In this document: positions 23,760 to 35,930 of the stretch, one piece after another
Layout: each line of letters begins with the position of its first letter
Numbering within the stretch: the stretch's first letter is position 1
NCBI RefSeq assembly: GCF_006345805.1
Contig: NC_043011.1
Span: forward strand, 54,262,464-54,326,463
Direction of reading: 5' to 3'
Length of the DNA stretch: 64,000 nt
Source: Octopus sinensis
Taxonomy: Eukaryota
The notes under the pieces: model-generated
What the model was told of the DNA's origin: nothing
Database searches by the model: none
Seen by the model: the letters and a program-made list of their open reading frames with translations, nothing else
Position numbers and translations under genes: made by a program

Positions 23760-23935
23760 GCACTCTACAGACACGTGTACCCTCAAAGTAGTTCTCGGGG
23801 AGATTCAGCGTGACACAGGGTGTGACAAGGCTGGCCCTTTGAAATACAGGTACAGCAGAAACAGGGAGAAAGAGTGAGAGAAAGTTGTGGTGAAAGAGTG
23901 CAACAGGGTTCGCCTCACCCCATCCCTGCCAGAGC
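23760..23935 (-). mobile_element. SINE family C internal fragment
   Basis: Matches 31690-31860. Confidence 0.8.
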
Positions 23936-24025
23936 CTAATAAAATAATAAAATATCTTACAATCGAATCGCGCTCTTCGTCTTGACTGTGTACCTTTGTG
24001 AAGAATTACGTCAATCCTTTGTAAA

Positions 24026-24055
<30 letters not shown>

Positions 24056-24056
<1 letters not shown>

Positions 24057-24545
24057 GTTTTGTCTTGGTATAAAAGATGGGCTACAGCAAATATTCTGTT
24101 CAATACCACAGATTTGCTTGTCAGTTGTTTGACCTTAACCAGTTGAGCATGTCCCTTAGTGGCTGACGATATGGGCATCTCTGATCACGAGCAGAAGTAG
24201 TCGGGGAGCATCATAGCCTTGTGTTGAGGAATTCTTAGCGGTCTGGATAATTCACCTTTGGAAACATGGGTGTTTCGTTCAATATCCTTAAACAATCCTT
24301 ATTCTGGGACCTTTTGAGCGGGATGGGCTCAGAAGAAAATCCTAACTTGGCCCCACCTGCAAGGCCATGCGCTGTTTATTTTGATATGAGATCACCATTT
24401 CGCGTACATATGGTTATGATGCATGTGCCTGAGTGTACCCTTATCAGACGGGTAGTCATGATGTGTATACTGGGCTTCGTATATTTTACCCCAGTGTCAC
24501 TTTGATGGCATGCACTGCTTTCTCACTCAATAATAATAATAATAA
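24056..24545 (+). mobile_element. Probable LINE 3'-UTR-derived repeat ending in an (AAT)n tail
   Basis: GC-richer block ending ctttctcactc(aat)n; family not assignable from sequence alone. Confidence 0.5.
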
Positions 24546-24629
24546 TAATGAATTGCTGTGACAAAGTTGTACCTCTAAATCCTTCCTGATTTTCTGTAGT
24601 ACGATCACGAAACGAAATGGCCTAAATGG

Positions 24630-24955
24630 GGTTCCTCTGAAGGAATGGTTAACTGGGAGATCAGGGAGTCTTGGCTGGTTGAGCTGTTACTTCCCCATAT
24701 TGAGGGGTTACAACTCTGTTACTACGAACATATGATTAGAATGTCGCAGGAAAGAATCGTAAAACGGATTCTTCAAGCGGAGCCAACCGACAAGAGACAC
24801 AGGGCCAGACCAAGAATGAGATGGTAACATAATATCCATAGTCTCAGATGGTCACGCTTGGGAATCCAACCGGAAGATGTAACAACGACGGTTGCTTCTG
24901 CCAAGAGCCTATGGAGGAAGTGTCTGAAGACTCTATCCCACCAGCATTCCAAGAA
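24630..24955 (+). mobile_element. Rex3-like RTE LINE C-terminal fragment
   Basis: EIRES..VELLLPHIEGLQLCYYEHMIRMSQERIVKRILQAEPTDKRHRARPRMRW..WSRLGIQPED. Confidence 0.8.
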
Positions 24956-25627
24956 TATATTTCTTTATTCACCTATAAAAAGGTTTACATAGAGGGGATG
25001 TTACAAGGACTGACAAGGGACATGTAGGGTACAGACACGCTTCTTTTATATGAGATGAAAAGACAGATGGATTTACAAATATTATACGGATGGGAATTAA
25101 AAATATATGTGATGATTGGATGGACATTGGGTCCTGGTTTAGTGAATTAACCCGCCGGTTGATTATCCCTTTTGGTAATCTTTTTCCTTCCTTTTATGCC
25201 CCGACCTACCGTGCAAGCACAGCCTCGTGCATTCTCATCTTTCTTACCACTGTCATCCATCTTTTTCCAAATGCTCTTTGCGGCAGGCTCCTCCTCTCCA
25301 GACGGATCTCCAGCATTCCAAGAATAACAGGCGAAGAAAATAGAAGGATGTGTAGTAATACATGTTTTGATAAAAATTGAGTCAAACATCGATAATTAGA
25401 ATTTAGACAAAAACCGCCCCAAGAAAACATTAATAAATGATTGATATGTGTATTATTTGTTTCGTTGACGTAAATTATCGATTTTAAAACGTGATTCGTT
25501 TTCTTGACATAAATGAAATGTCATTAATATATGGCATGTCACTAAGTAAAAGCCATGTATTGCTAAATAAGTGACTTAAGATATTAATTACATTATTATT
25601 TACAGTGTTTAAATTAATATTATTTAT

Positions 25628-26048
25628 GGCGTGGAGGCGCAATGACCTAGTGGTTAGGGGAGAGGACTCGCGGTTGTAGGATCGCGGTTTCGATTCCCAG
25701 ACCGGGCGTTGTGAGTGTTTATTGAGTGAAAACACCTAAAGCTACACGAGTATCTGGCAGGTGGGGTTGGTGGTGGACCCTGCTGTACTCTTTCGCCACA
25801 ACTTTCTCTCACTCTTTCTTCCTGTTTCTGTTGTACCTGTATTTCAAAGGGCCAGCCTTGTCACACTCTGCGTCACGCTGAATAATCTCCCCCCCCCCGA
25901 GAACTACGTTGGGGGTACACGTGTCTGTGGAGTGCTCAGCCACTTTGTCTGTGGAGTACTTAGCCACTTATACTTTAATTTCACGAGCAGGCTGTTCTGT
26001 TGATCGTATCAACTGGAACTCTCATCGTCGTAACCGACGGAGTGCCAC
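25628..26048 (+). mobile_element. SINE family C, full length, with internal duplication of gtctgtggagt..agccactt
   Basis: Head ggaggcgcaatgacctagtggttagg...gtttcgattccc. Confidence 0.9.
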
Positions 26049-26054
26049 GATTAT

Positions 26055-26880
26055 TTATGGCAAGCAGGTGGCGAGCTGGCAGAATCGTTAGCACACTGGC
26101 ATCGACATAAAATTTCAGGCCTTGTGCCTAAAGTAGAAAGGATTGTTTATGGCGAGCTGGCAGAAACGTTAGCGCGCCGGCCAAAATGCTTAGCAGTATT
26201 TCGTCTATCTTTCCGTTCTGAGTTCAAATTCCGCCGAGGTCAACTTTGCCTTTCCTCTTTTCGAGGTCGGTAAATTAAGTACCAGTGGCGTACTGGGGTC
26301 GATCTAATCGATTGGACCCTTCCCAAAAAATTTCGAGCGTTGTGCCTAGAGTAGAAAAGAATCGTTAACGCGTTGGGAAAAATATTTTGCAGCAATTCTT
26401 CCGACTTTACGTTCTGAATTCAAATTCCGTTGAGGTTGACTTTGCCTTTCATCCTTCCGGGATCGATAAATGCCAATCAAGTATTGGGGTTGAGGCAATC
26501 TTTTTACCCCTACCTTCAAAAACTGCTGACTCTATCTGTGCCAAAATTTGACATAATTATTTATGGCAGGGTTCAAGGCAGCGATCTGGCAAAATCGTTA
26601 GGGCGTCGGGAAATATGCTTAGCGGCATTTTGTCAGTCTTTATGTTCTGGGCGATAAAATAAGTACCAGTTGAATACTGGGGATAATATAAAATCGACAA
26701 GCACCCCCACCCCCAAAATTTTCGGACTTTTGCACCTATAGTCAAAAGGATTATTTAAGGCAAGGAACAAGCAGGCAAAATTACACCCGCGCCGGACAAA
26801 ATGCTTGGCAATGTTTCTTCTGGCTTTTTGTTTTCTGAGTTCAAATTACACCGAGGTCGACTTTGCCTTTCGGTGAGTTA
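26055..26880 (+). mobile_element. Cluster of 4-5 diverged SINE family B copies
   Basis: Repeated gagctggcagaa heads and gttcaaattcc...gactttgcc bodies. Confidence 0.8.
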
Positions 26881-27082
26881 ACTCCCAGTCAAGTGGTAGG
26901 GGTTCAATCTAATCGATTTCTCCACTTTTCTCAGAATTGTTGGTTTTTCTACGAAAGTGAAAGTACTTTCATTTATGGTATTTAAATGAAATTTAAAATA
27001 GTTTCCTGTGATTTATTTTCTTTTTAACCAAAACTGTAACATCCATCCCCCCACCCCACTGACGAAAGTGAAAACTTTACAT

Positions 27083-27654
27083 CAATGGTTTTCAACCGAG
27101 GTCCACATGACTTTTGGTGGGGTCCATAAAAGGTTTTGTTGTTAAAATTTATGTGCAATAAAATTGGTCATACTTCCACAGTGGCTCTGTGGTAAGAAGC
27201 TTGCTTCCCAATCACATAGTTCTGGGTTCAGTCCCAATGCGTGGCACCTTGGGCAAGTGTCTTCTACTATAGCCTTGGGCCGACCAAAGCCTTGCGAGTG
27301 GAATTGGTGAACGGAAACCGATGGTCGCCATACCATCGCTTGACAACCGATGTTGGTGTGTTTACGTCTACGTAACTTAGCGGTTCGGCAAAAGAGACCG
27401 ATAGAATAAGTGCTAGGCTTACAAAGAGTAAGTCCTGGAGTCGATTTCTTCGACTAAAACCTTTTAAGGCGGTGCTCCAGCATGACCGCAATCAAATGAC
27501 TGCAACAAGTAAAAGTATAAAAGAATTCCTAATTTTTGATTTAAAAAAAAAATGCAAGATTTTTTTTGATATTCATAGAGAATGACGAAGGACCAGAAGA
27601 GTCAAAATTGGAATCAAAGGGGTTCCAGAGACAAATAATGGTTGATAACCAATG
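27083..27654. mobile_element. hAT (Charlie-like) MITE interrupted by a SINE A copy (about 27175-27525)
   Basis: TIR caatggttttcaacc / ggttgataaccaatg; flanking 8-mers ctttacat and ccttaaat (6/8). Confidence 0.65.
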
Positions 27655-27799
27655 CCTTAAATGTTGTTACTTGTGAGACATCTTTTTTGAAATACCATTC
27701 TCCATCGATTTGTGTGAAATTATCAACTAATCAATAACAAAACAAAACCAACAAGCTTCTATAAATCTTCAACTTAATAATGTAGGAATAGCAAAAGAA

Positions 27800-28191
27800 A
27801 TGCAGATGTAAGAAGCTTGTTTTGCAAGCAGGAGGTTTCGGGTTCAGTTCCACAGCGCGGCACCATGGACAAGTGTTTTCTACAATAGAGAGATCAATGC
27901 ATTGTGAGTGAATCTGGAAGACGGAATCCCGTTGTATATATATATGTATAAGGCGGCGAGCTGGCAGAAACGTTAACGCGCCGGGCGAAATGCTTAGCCG
28001 TTACGTTCTGAGTCCAAATTCCGCCGAGGTCGACTTTGCCTTTCATCCTTTCGGAGTCGATAAATAAAGTACCAGTTACGCACTGGGGTCGATGTAATCG
28101 ACTTAATCCCTTTGTCTGTCTTTGTTTGTTCCCTCTATGTTTAGCCCCTTGTGAGCAATAAAGAAATATGTATGTGCACATATGTGTGTGT

Positions 28192-28234
<43 letters not shown>

Positions 28235-28450
28235 GTGTGTGTACTCCCCACCCCCGCCACTGCTTGGCATTATTTGTTGGTTTGTTTACGTCCCCGTAAC
28301 TTAGGGTTTCTAGCAAAGAGGACCGACAGATTAAGCGCCAGACACTAAAAAACTAAGTACTGTAGTTAATTTGCTCAATAAAAACCTTTCGAGGTTGTGC
28401 CCCAGCATGGCCGCAGTCCAATGCCTGAAACAAGTAAAAGATAAAAGATA
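27800..28450 (+). mobile_element. SINE A with a SINE B (about 27950-28150) inserted into its internal microsatellite
   Basis: A head, complete B, TA tract, A 3' half, in that order. Confidence 0.8.
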
Positions 28451-28744
28451 TATTTATTTGTCTCTTAATTGTTAAATCTGTATAATCATTGATCTCAGAC
28501 AATGCGATGAAAAATAGAATTAATATTGTTATCTGAATGGCAACATCAAAGACTTTCTCTTTTGTTATGGAATAAGAATTAATGATGTCCACAAACGATA
28601 ATATCCTGAATAAATATTCTTCATAATCAACATGAAATGGGAAGGTTTAGTTATCAAAGACGATCAGAGCAATTGTGCATTATAGCAGTCAGATATTTTA
28701 TAGAAATATTATAGTGGTCCCGTATTTCGCACAATGTTGAACAA

Positions 28745-28963
28745 CGATTTCGAGTTTTGGCACAGGGCCAGCGAATTTTAAAGGGAGGCAGAAGTTGATT
28801 ACATCGACCCCGCTGTACTTGACCAGTATGTATTTTATCGATGCCGAAAGGATGAAAATCAATGTCGACCTCAGTGGAATTTGAACTCAGAACGCAAAGA
28901 GGGACGAAATACTGCTAAACCTTTTTGTCCAACGTGCTAACGATTCCGCCAACTCACTCCCTT

Positions 28964-29028
<65 letters not shown>

Positions 29029-29335
29029 CCTGAAATTCCGTATCCTGAAATGGACTAGTCGATTATATCGTACCCAGTCTCTGACTGGTACTTATTTTAT
29101 CGAACCCCCGAAAGGATGAAAGGCAAAGTGACCACGGCGGAATTTGAACCCAGAGCGTAAGGACGGATGAAATGCTGCTAAGCATTTTGCCCGGCATGCT
29201 AATGATTCTGCCAGGTCACGGCCTAAATAATAATAATAATAATAATATTTTCAAATTTTGCCACAAGGGCAGCAATTTGTAGGAAGAGGATAAAGTCAAT
29301 TTCATTGACCCCAGTGTTTTACTGGTACTCAAACT
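28745..29335 (-). mobile_element. Cluster of SINE family B copies with (AAT)n tracts
   Basis: Reverse-complement family B modules. Confidence 0.8.
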
Positions 29336-29520
29336 CCTTATCTTCTATTTGTTTAAGTTACTGGACTGCAACCATGCTGTAGCATTCCCTTGAAGGGTTT
29401 TGTCAAACAGATCAACCCCAATGCGTATTTTTAAAACTGGTTCTTATTCCATCAGTTAATTTTGCCAAACTGCTATGTTAAGGGGGATGTAAACAAACCA
29501 ACATCAGTTGTCAGGACGTG

Positions 29521-29650
29521 GGCACGACTTAAATACAGAGGTCGCGATGCATCAACGTAACGATATGTTTTTACAGTGCACACTCGTTAGGGGTAGTTCT
29601 AGGGTGAGGGTTACGTAGATGCGACGGGATCTCTGTATTTAAGTAGTACC
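29521..29650. mobile_element. Merlin-like MITE, 130 bp
   Basis: 33-bp imperfect TIR beginning GG (ggcacgacttaaatacagag / ctctgtatttaagtagtacc); flanking 8-mers aggacgtg and aggccgtg (7/8). Confidence 0.6.
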
Positions 29651-29771
29651 AGGCCGTGTGGATTGGACACACGGACACACATTTGTTAAACTTGGAGATG
29701 GTTATTTTTTACAAATTAAACACACACACTGTATATATTTGGTCTTCTTTTCAGTTATATTATTGTTATTA

Positions 29772-30050
29772 AAAGCGGTGAGCTGGCAGAAACGTTAGCA
29801 TGCCGGGCGAAATGCGTAGCCGTATTTCGTCTGCCGTTACGTTCTGAGTTCAAATTCCGTCGAGGTCGACTTTGCCTTTCATCCTTTCGGGGTTGATAAA
29901 TTAAGTACCAGTTACACACTGGGGTTGATGTAATCGACTTAATCCCTTTGTCTGTCTTTGTTTGTCCCCTCTGTGTTTAGCCCCTTGTGGACAGTAAAGA
30001 AATAAGAAACGTTAGCTCGCCGGGCAAAATGCTTAGCGATATTTCGTCTA
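29772..30050 (+). mobile_element. SINE family B, full length, plus a partial second head
   Basis: Near-consensus sequence. Confidence 0.9.
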
Positions 30051-30164
30051 TTCTGAGACGAGGCAACATAAATGACTGGACTAATGTTTATTGATTTATA
30101 GCAGAGTGACCTAAATGGAACCATATGTTTTAGAACTGTGTAAAGCATATCGGAACTCGTGTCT

Positions 30165-31130
30165 TCCATCTTCTTTTCCCACTATTCCTGGGAGGGTTTT
30201 GGAGTAGTGTCCTCGGGAATCTCCTTTATAGAACCTCAACAGAAATGGCCATCATAACACTTTCTGACGGGATTCCCAACAGAAATTATGGATATTTTCC
30301 GACCAACTCGTCTTTGGCCTTTCCCAAGGTCTCATGGTGCTTGGTTCGGCTTGAAGAATCCATCTTGCGACTCTTTCCAGTGACAGGACATTCTAATCAC
30401 ACGTCTGTAGTACCGGAGCTCGGACCGCTCAAAGCGGAGAAGCAGCAGCTCGAACTGGAGAGACTCTCTCATCTCAGAGCTACGCACCCTACCGTGTAAC
30501 GCAACCAATTCTGTTATTTGGCTCAGCTTGCAGAATCTTTTATGCAAGTCCTTTCTACAACATTCTAATCACATGTCCATAGTATGAGAGCCATGACTTC
30601 TCAGCTTGATCTGGACAGAATCCCTGATCTCCGAGTTACACGCATTGTCGAGTAATGTTACTCCAGAGATCCTTCGAAGAAACCGATTTTGACCGGTTCT
30701 ATACGCTGCCGTACTCTTTCAGTGATTATTCAACCTTGATGAACATAGGGGAGAACAGACACGAAAACTGAACTGAAGGTAACAAGTTTAAGTTCAACTT
30801 TTTGACCAACCTCTCCTTTTCTGAGAATCAAATTCTGGGGCTGGCGCATTATGGTACCAACACCTGGAATTCTAGCATCTAATTCAGCCTCTTGCTTCCT
30901 ATCATTTGTAAATATGGCCCTATGATAGCTTTCCTTCTAGAAACTTAATTCCCTATAAAAACATACACTCCTCTTTCTGACTTTTACTAAAATATAATTA
31001 CAACGGAATTGATAGAATCGAAGGGCACTGTTTTGAAAATTACGTGGGCTTCTGACTGGTTGCCAATTGGACCCACAGATAACTGACTTCGTTCTTCATT
31101 ATATCCCTGACTCTACAATCAACTGATATA
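30165..31130 (-). mobile_element. Rex3-like RTE LINE remnant, fragmented, with a partial internal duplication
   Basis: Minus strand EAELDARIPGVGTIM, RFLRRISGVTLLD..NSEIRDS, GRVRSSEMRESLQFELLLLRFERSELRYY. Confidence 0.65.
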
Positions 31131-31469
31131 AATGGTGGTGGTTTGTAAATATATTTGGTGTGAAAGGGAAGATGCAGTTCTGTATAAACACACCTTTTTT
31201 CTCCACTTTGCTTGAAGCTGTTGAATGTGTTTCTCTTCCATCTTAACAATTTTGTTCCACCAGTGAGACATGTGCAGTGGCACCGTGAACAGTGGCACAG
31301 TAGATAGTGAGGTCTTCCATTTTTGAAGAGCTTGTGTTCTGGCATTACGATAAGTATCATAAAAGAGAAAGTAGAGCAACAATAGATATCTGTTGATGCG
31401 TTAACATGTTTCAGTCGGTCTCAAAATGTTCCACATAGCAACTTGTGTGAATGTGTATAGAATAATATA

Positions 31470-32215
31470 TCAGTTTAATAACGTTAAAACATGGTCTGGT
31501 TTTCACGGTTTTTATTACGGTATTTTAACACTGAAAAAAAAAATGTTTTGTAATGCTCATAAAATTAAATTAGCGCTTTCATACTTAGAGTAATCATCAG
31601 ATTGGAAGCACTCCGTCGGTTCCGACGACGAGGGTTCCGGTTGATCCGATCAATGGAACAGCCTGCTCGTGAAATTAACGTGTAAGTGGCTGAGCACTCC
31701 ACAGACACGTGCACCCTTAACGCAGTTCTCGGGGATATTCAGCGTGACACAGAGAGTGACAAGGCCGGCCCTTTGAAATACAAGTACAACAGAAACAGGA
31801 AGTAAGAGTGAGAGAAAGTTGTGGTGAAAGAGTACAGCAGGGATCACCACCATCCCCTGCCGGAGCCTCGTGGAGCCTTTTAGGTGTTTTCGCTCAATAA
31901 ACACTCACAACGCCCGGTCTGGGAATCGAAACCGCGATCCTACGACCGCGAGTCCGCTGCCCTAACCACTGGGCCATCGCGCCTCCTCTCATAAGATTAC
32001 TCTATGTATGAAATGCGTTTGACTGACATTTGAGTTCTTGACAACTTTTGTCAAGAACTCAACTGTCAATTAAACACATTTGAAATCTGATGATTACTTT
32101 ACGTATGAAATCACTAATTTAACTTTATGAGCATTACAGAACATTTTTTTAAAATGTTAAAATACCGTATTAGAAAACGTGAAGACCAGACGATGTTTTA
32201 ATTTTATTCAACTGG
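31470..32215. mobile_element. Palindromic Tc1/mariner-type MITE (about 170-bp arms, TA TSD) interrupted by SINE C
   Basis: 31470-31603 is the reverse complement of about 32082-32215; central hairpin 32017-32075; termini (C/T)CAGTT; TA on both sides. Confidence 0.75.
31604..31986 (-). mobile_element. SINE family C, full length, CpG-intact
   Basis: Complete head to 3' end. Confidence 0.9.
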
Positions 32216-32229
32216 TATATGTGTATGTA

Positions 32230-32400
32230 TGGGTGTGTATATAGTGTTGAAATTTACAGAAAAATAAAAGACGAAGACAGGTGTATTAGTTTAACAAGCG
32301 GGAAGGTGAGAAAATCGTTTGCGTTTTAAGCCTACGCTCTTCAACAGAAAGGGACACTGGGAAATAAACAGAAAGAATAAAAAATCTTTTGGATATATAA
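32230..32400 (-). mobile_element. PLE pLTR-type unit with hammerhead-like motif (CUGUUGA variant)
   Basis: Minus strand cttt-CTGTTGA-A-GAGC-gtag-GCTT-AAAAC; shares ctcac.ttccc, aaactaatacacctgtcttcgtc with the 32730 copy. Confidence 0.55.
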
Positions 32401-32612
32401 ATATATATATATGTGTGTATGTTTATATATATATATGTGTATGTTTATATATATATATATGTGTATGTTTATATATATATATATGTGTATGTTTATATAT
32501 ATATATATATGTGTATGTTTATATATATATATATGTGTATGTTATATATATATATATGTATGTTTATATATATATATGTGTATGTTTATATATATATATA
32601 TATGTGTATGTT

Positions 32613-32643
<31 letters not shown>

Positions 32644-32728
32644 ATGTTTATATATATATATATATATGTGTGTGTATGTTTATATATATATATATATATG
32701 TGTGTATGTTTTTATATATATATATATG
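32400..32728. repeat. Minisatellite of about 22-26 bp units, TGTGTATGTT(TA)n, about 13 copies
   Basis: Direct reading. Confidence 0.9.
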
Positions 32729-32729
32729 A

Positions 32730-32912
32730 TTCGCCTTGATAGATCGCTAGCCACTACACATTTCTTTATTTTCTCTCCTTGTTTCTTTCTGTAGAAGAGC
32801 ATAGGCTCAAAACGTTAATGACTTTCTCACTTCCCGAGCGTTATACTAATACATTTGTTCGTTGTCTACACCACCTGTCTTCGTCTATTTTTTTTTTGTT
32901 GTGAATTCTCCC
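32730..32912 (+). mobile_element. PLE pLTR-type unit with hammerhead-like motif (CUGUAGA variant)
   Basis: cttt-CTGTAGA-A-GAGC-atag-GCTC-AAAAC-GTT-aatg at 32785-32820. Confidence 0.55.
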
Positions 32913-33189
32913 TATATGTATATATATTGGGTTGATGAAGAATTATTGCGGCTTTTTTTTCAACAAATTCTAGTCAACAACAATAACAGTATTTAACAAA
33001 AACATGTTTAAATGATAGTCTGACCATCTGCCAAGCAAATGGGGAGCAGTTATTGAAGTAGATGGTGAATATACTCCGGAATAATCATATAAAGATGTTT
33101 TTGTTACAGGTTATTGTTTTTGTTGAATAAAATTGTTGAAAAAAGCCACAATAATTATGCACCAACCCAATATATATATATATATATCA

Positions 33190-33610
33190 TCATCATCATC
33201 GTTTAAAGTGCATAGCATGGGTTGGACGGTTCGACGGTTTGATCTGGCAGTGTTTCTACAGCTGGATGCCCTTCCTAACGCCAACCACTCCGTGAGTGCA
33301 GTGGGTGCTTTTTACGTGCCACGGGTATCACAACTACAATTCCATTTCATTTTTATTTTGATGCTGATGTACTGGACTCAATAGGTGTCCTCAAGCACAG
33401 CAGGTCGCCTCACGATCCAAGGTAAGCAGCGTAGGCCGTCCTTCGATCCAAGGTGCTTTGAATGGTCTGGGGCTGGTTGTGTGAAGCTGGTGTAGGATAC
33501 AGCGATGAACTCACTTTATTTGTCGGGTTTTCGTAGTCACAGCATATCTCCAGAGGTCTCAGTCTTTCGTCATTGTCTCTGTGAGGTCCAACGTTCGAAG
33601 GTCATGCTTG
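33190..33610 (-). mobile_element. Interspersed repeat family E (ends in a gatgatgat tail; related copies near 56780-57125 and 63230-63460)
   Basis: Shared ctacagctggatgcccttcctaacgccaaccact motif. Confidence 0.7.
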
Positions 33611-33644
33611 ACAATTCATATATATATATATATATATATAAATA

Positions 33645-33835
33645 AAGTTAATCCAAACAAGAAAGCACAAAAAAACACAACAACGCGAGGATGTGGAACA
33701 AATATAGTATTATTGGACGCTCAGGAAAGAAGGAGAGTTTAACGTTTCGAATGGAGCTCTTCGTCGGAAACATAGGAGAAGGAAAGATCCAGAGAAAAGA
33801 AGACAGAGGAAAAAAAATCGCCAACGGAAACCTTG
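33645..33835 (-). mobile_element. PLE pLTR-type unit with minimal hammerhead motif
   Basis: Minus strand GTTT-CCGACGA-A-GAGC-tcc-ATTC-GAAAC-GTT-AAAC at 33737-33771. Confidence 0.6.
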
Positions 33836-34089
33836 GGATACAATCTTCCAATAAGCCATAAACATCAATCCTTTTGCTGGAACACGCTGCTTTTCCTTCA
33901 GTTAATTTTTAAATTATAAAGAATTTAGCAAAAATAACTTTGCCATTATTTAGTGTTTGAAACAAATTGACATGGAATTTTACTGGAAAATTCTTTGTTC
34001 ATTTTAAACAGGAAGTTTGTATCATAAAACCAGGTGGTTGTGTCCTCAGGTGGATTGGCATCGAAAGGGCTTACACCCATCTCACACAT

Positions 34090-35930
34090 GGCGGTGTGGT
34101 AAGAAGCTTCTTCCCAACTATATGGTTCCAGGTTCAGTCCTATAGCATGGCACCTTCGGCTAGTGTCTTCTACTGTGGCATCAGATTAACCAGAACCTTG
34201 TAAATGGATTTGGTTGATGGAAACTGAAACAAGCCCATGATGTACATATATAGGCGTAGGAGTGGCTGTGGTAAGTAGCTTGCTTACCAACCACATGGTT
34301 CCGGGTTCAGTCCCACTGCAAGGCACCTTGGGCAAGTGTCTTCTACTATAGCCTTGGAGCCAGCCAAAGCCTTGTGAGTGGATTTGGTAGACGGAAACTG
34401 AAAGAAGCCCGTCGTGTGTATATATATATATGTGCGTGTGTGTGTTTGTGTTTCTGTGCTTGTTCCCCGGTACATCGCTTGACAACCGATGCTGGTATGG
34501 TTACGTCCCCGTAACTTAGCAGTTCGGCAAAAGAGACCGATAGAATAAGTACTAGGCTTAAAAAGAATAAGTCCTGGGGTCGATTTTCTCGACTAATGTT
34601 CCAGCATGACCACATTCAAATGACTGAAACAAGTAAAAAAAAAAAAAAAGTATATGTATACATCTACGTGCTTATATCATTGTATTTGTCCTCTACCACT
34701 GCTTGGCCACCAATGTTGGTGTGTTTACATCCCCATCACTTAGCAAGAGACTGGTAGAATGAGTACCAAGATTTAAAGACAAAATGAAATTCCTGAGGTC
34801 AATTTATTCAATTAAAACCGTTCAAGGTGGTGCCCCAGCATGGCCTCAGTCAAATGCCTGAAACAAATGGAGAAGGGTTCTTATTCTAATTGTAAGACAT
34901 GTACTTATAGACCCTGAAGTGAGTATTTTTGGTAGCTTAGCCTCATGGCCACTGCACCACTTGTAAAATAAACGAAAAAAATTTATAGTGTAGGCGTGTG
35001 GTAAGAAGCTTGCTTCCCAATCACATGGTTCGGAATTCAGTCTCACTGTAAGGCACCTTGGGCTAGTGTCTTCTACTATAGCCTCAGGTCAGCCAAAGTC
35101 TTGTGAGTGGATTTGGTGGACAGAAGCTGAAAGAGCCCTTCATGTATAGATAAAAAGGTACAGGCGTGGCTATGTGGTAAGAAGCTTGCTTCCCAAACAC
35201 ATGGTTCTGGGTTCAGTCCCACTGTGAGGCACCTTGGGCAAGTGTCTTCTATTATAGCCTCAGGCTGGCCAAAGTCTTGTGAGTAGATTTCAGAGACAGA
35301 AACTGAAAGAAGCCTTCCATATATGTACATATATATAAGCACTAAGTCCACTCTGCTGAGTGGTTGGTGTTAGGAAGGGCACCTAGCTGTAAAAATCGTG
35401 CAAAAATCAGTCACAGAAGACTGGTGCAGGATTCGGCCTGGCTCGCTATTGTGGTACCGTCCCACCTATGTGAGCATGGAACAGGGACACTAAATGATGA
35501 TGTGTGGTAAGAAATCTGGTCCCCAACCACACGGCTCCGGGTTCAGTCCCACTGCATGGCAATTTGGGCAAGTGTCCTCTATAGCCTTGAGTCAACCAAA
35601 TCCTTGAGTGGATTTGGGAGGCGGAAACTGAAAGAAGCCCTTTGTGTGTCTGGTGTGTGTGTGTGTGTGTGTGTGCATATATGTGTGTGTGTCTTTGCTT
35701 CTCTGTTTTTTTCCCCAATCACTACTTGACAACCGGTGTTGGTGTGTTTACGTCCACATAACTTAGCAGTTTGTCACAAGAAACTGACAGAATAAGTACC
35801 AGGTTCTTAAAACAAAAAAAAAAAAAGTACTAAGGTCAATACATTCGACTAAAAATTTCTTTGAAACGGTGCCCCAGCATGGCCACAGTCTAATAACTGA
35901 AACAAGTAAAAGACAAAACAAAACGCAAAT
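34090..35930 (+). mobile_element. Dense cluster of about 7 SINE family A copies and fragments, many CpG-decayed
   Basis: Repeated ggtaagaagcttgcttccca...gcaccttgggcaagtgtc heads and 3' halves. Confidence 0.85.

Noticed and set aside
32087-32112. CTGATGA...GAAA inside the palindromic MITE arm
   Set aside because: Stem II is only 3 bp with a U-U closing pair, there is no cleavage triplet or stem I, and the motif is explained by the MITE.
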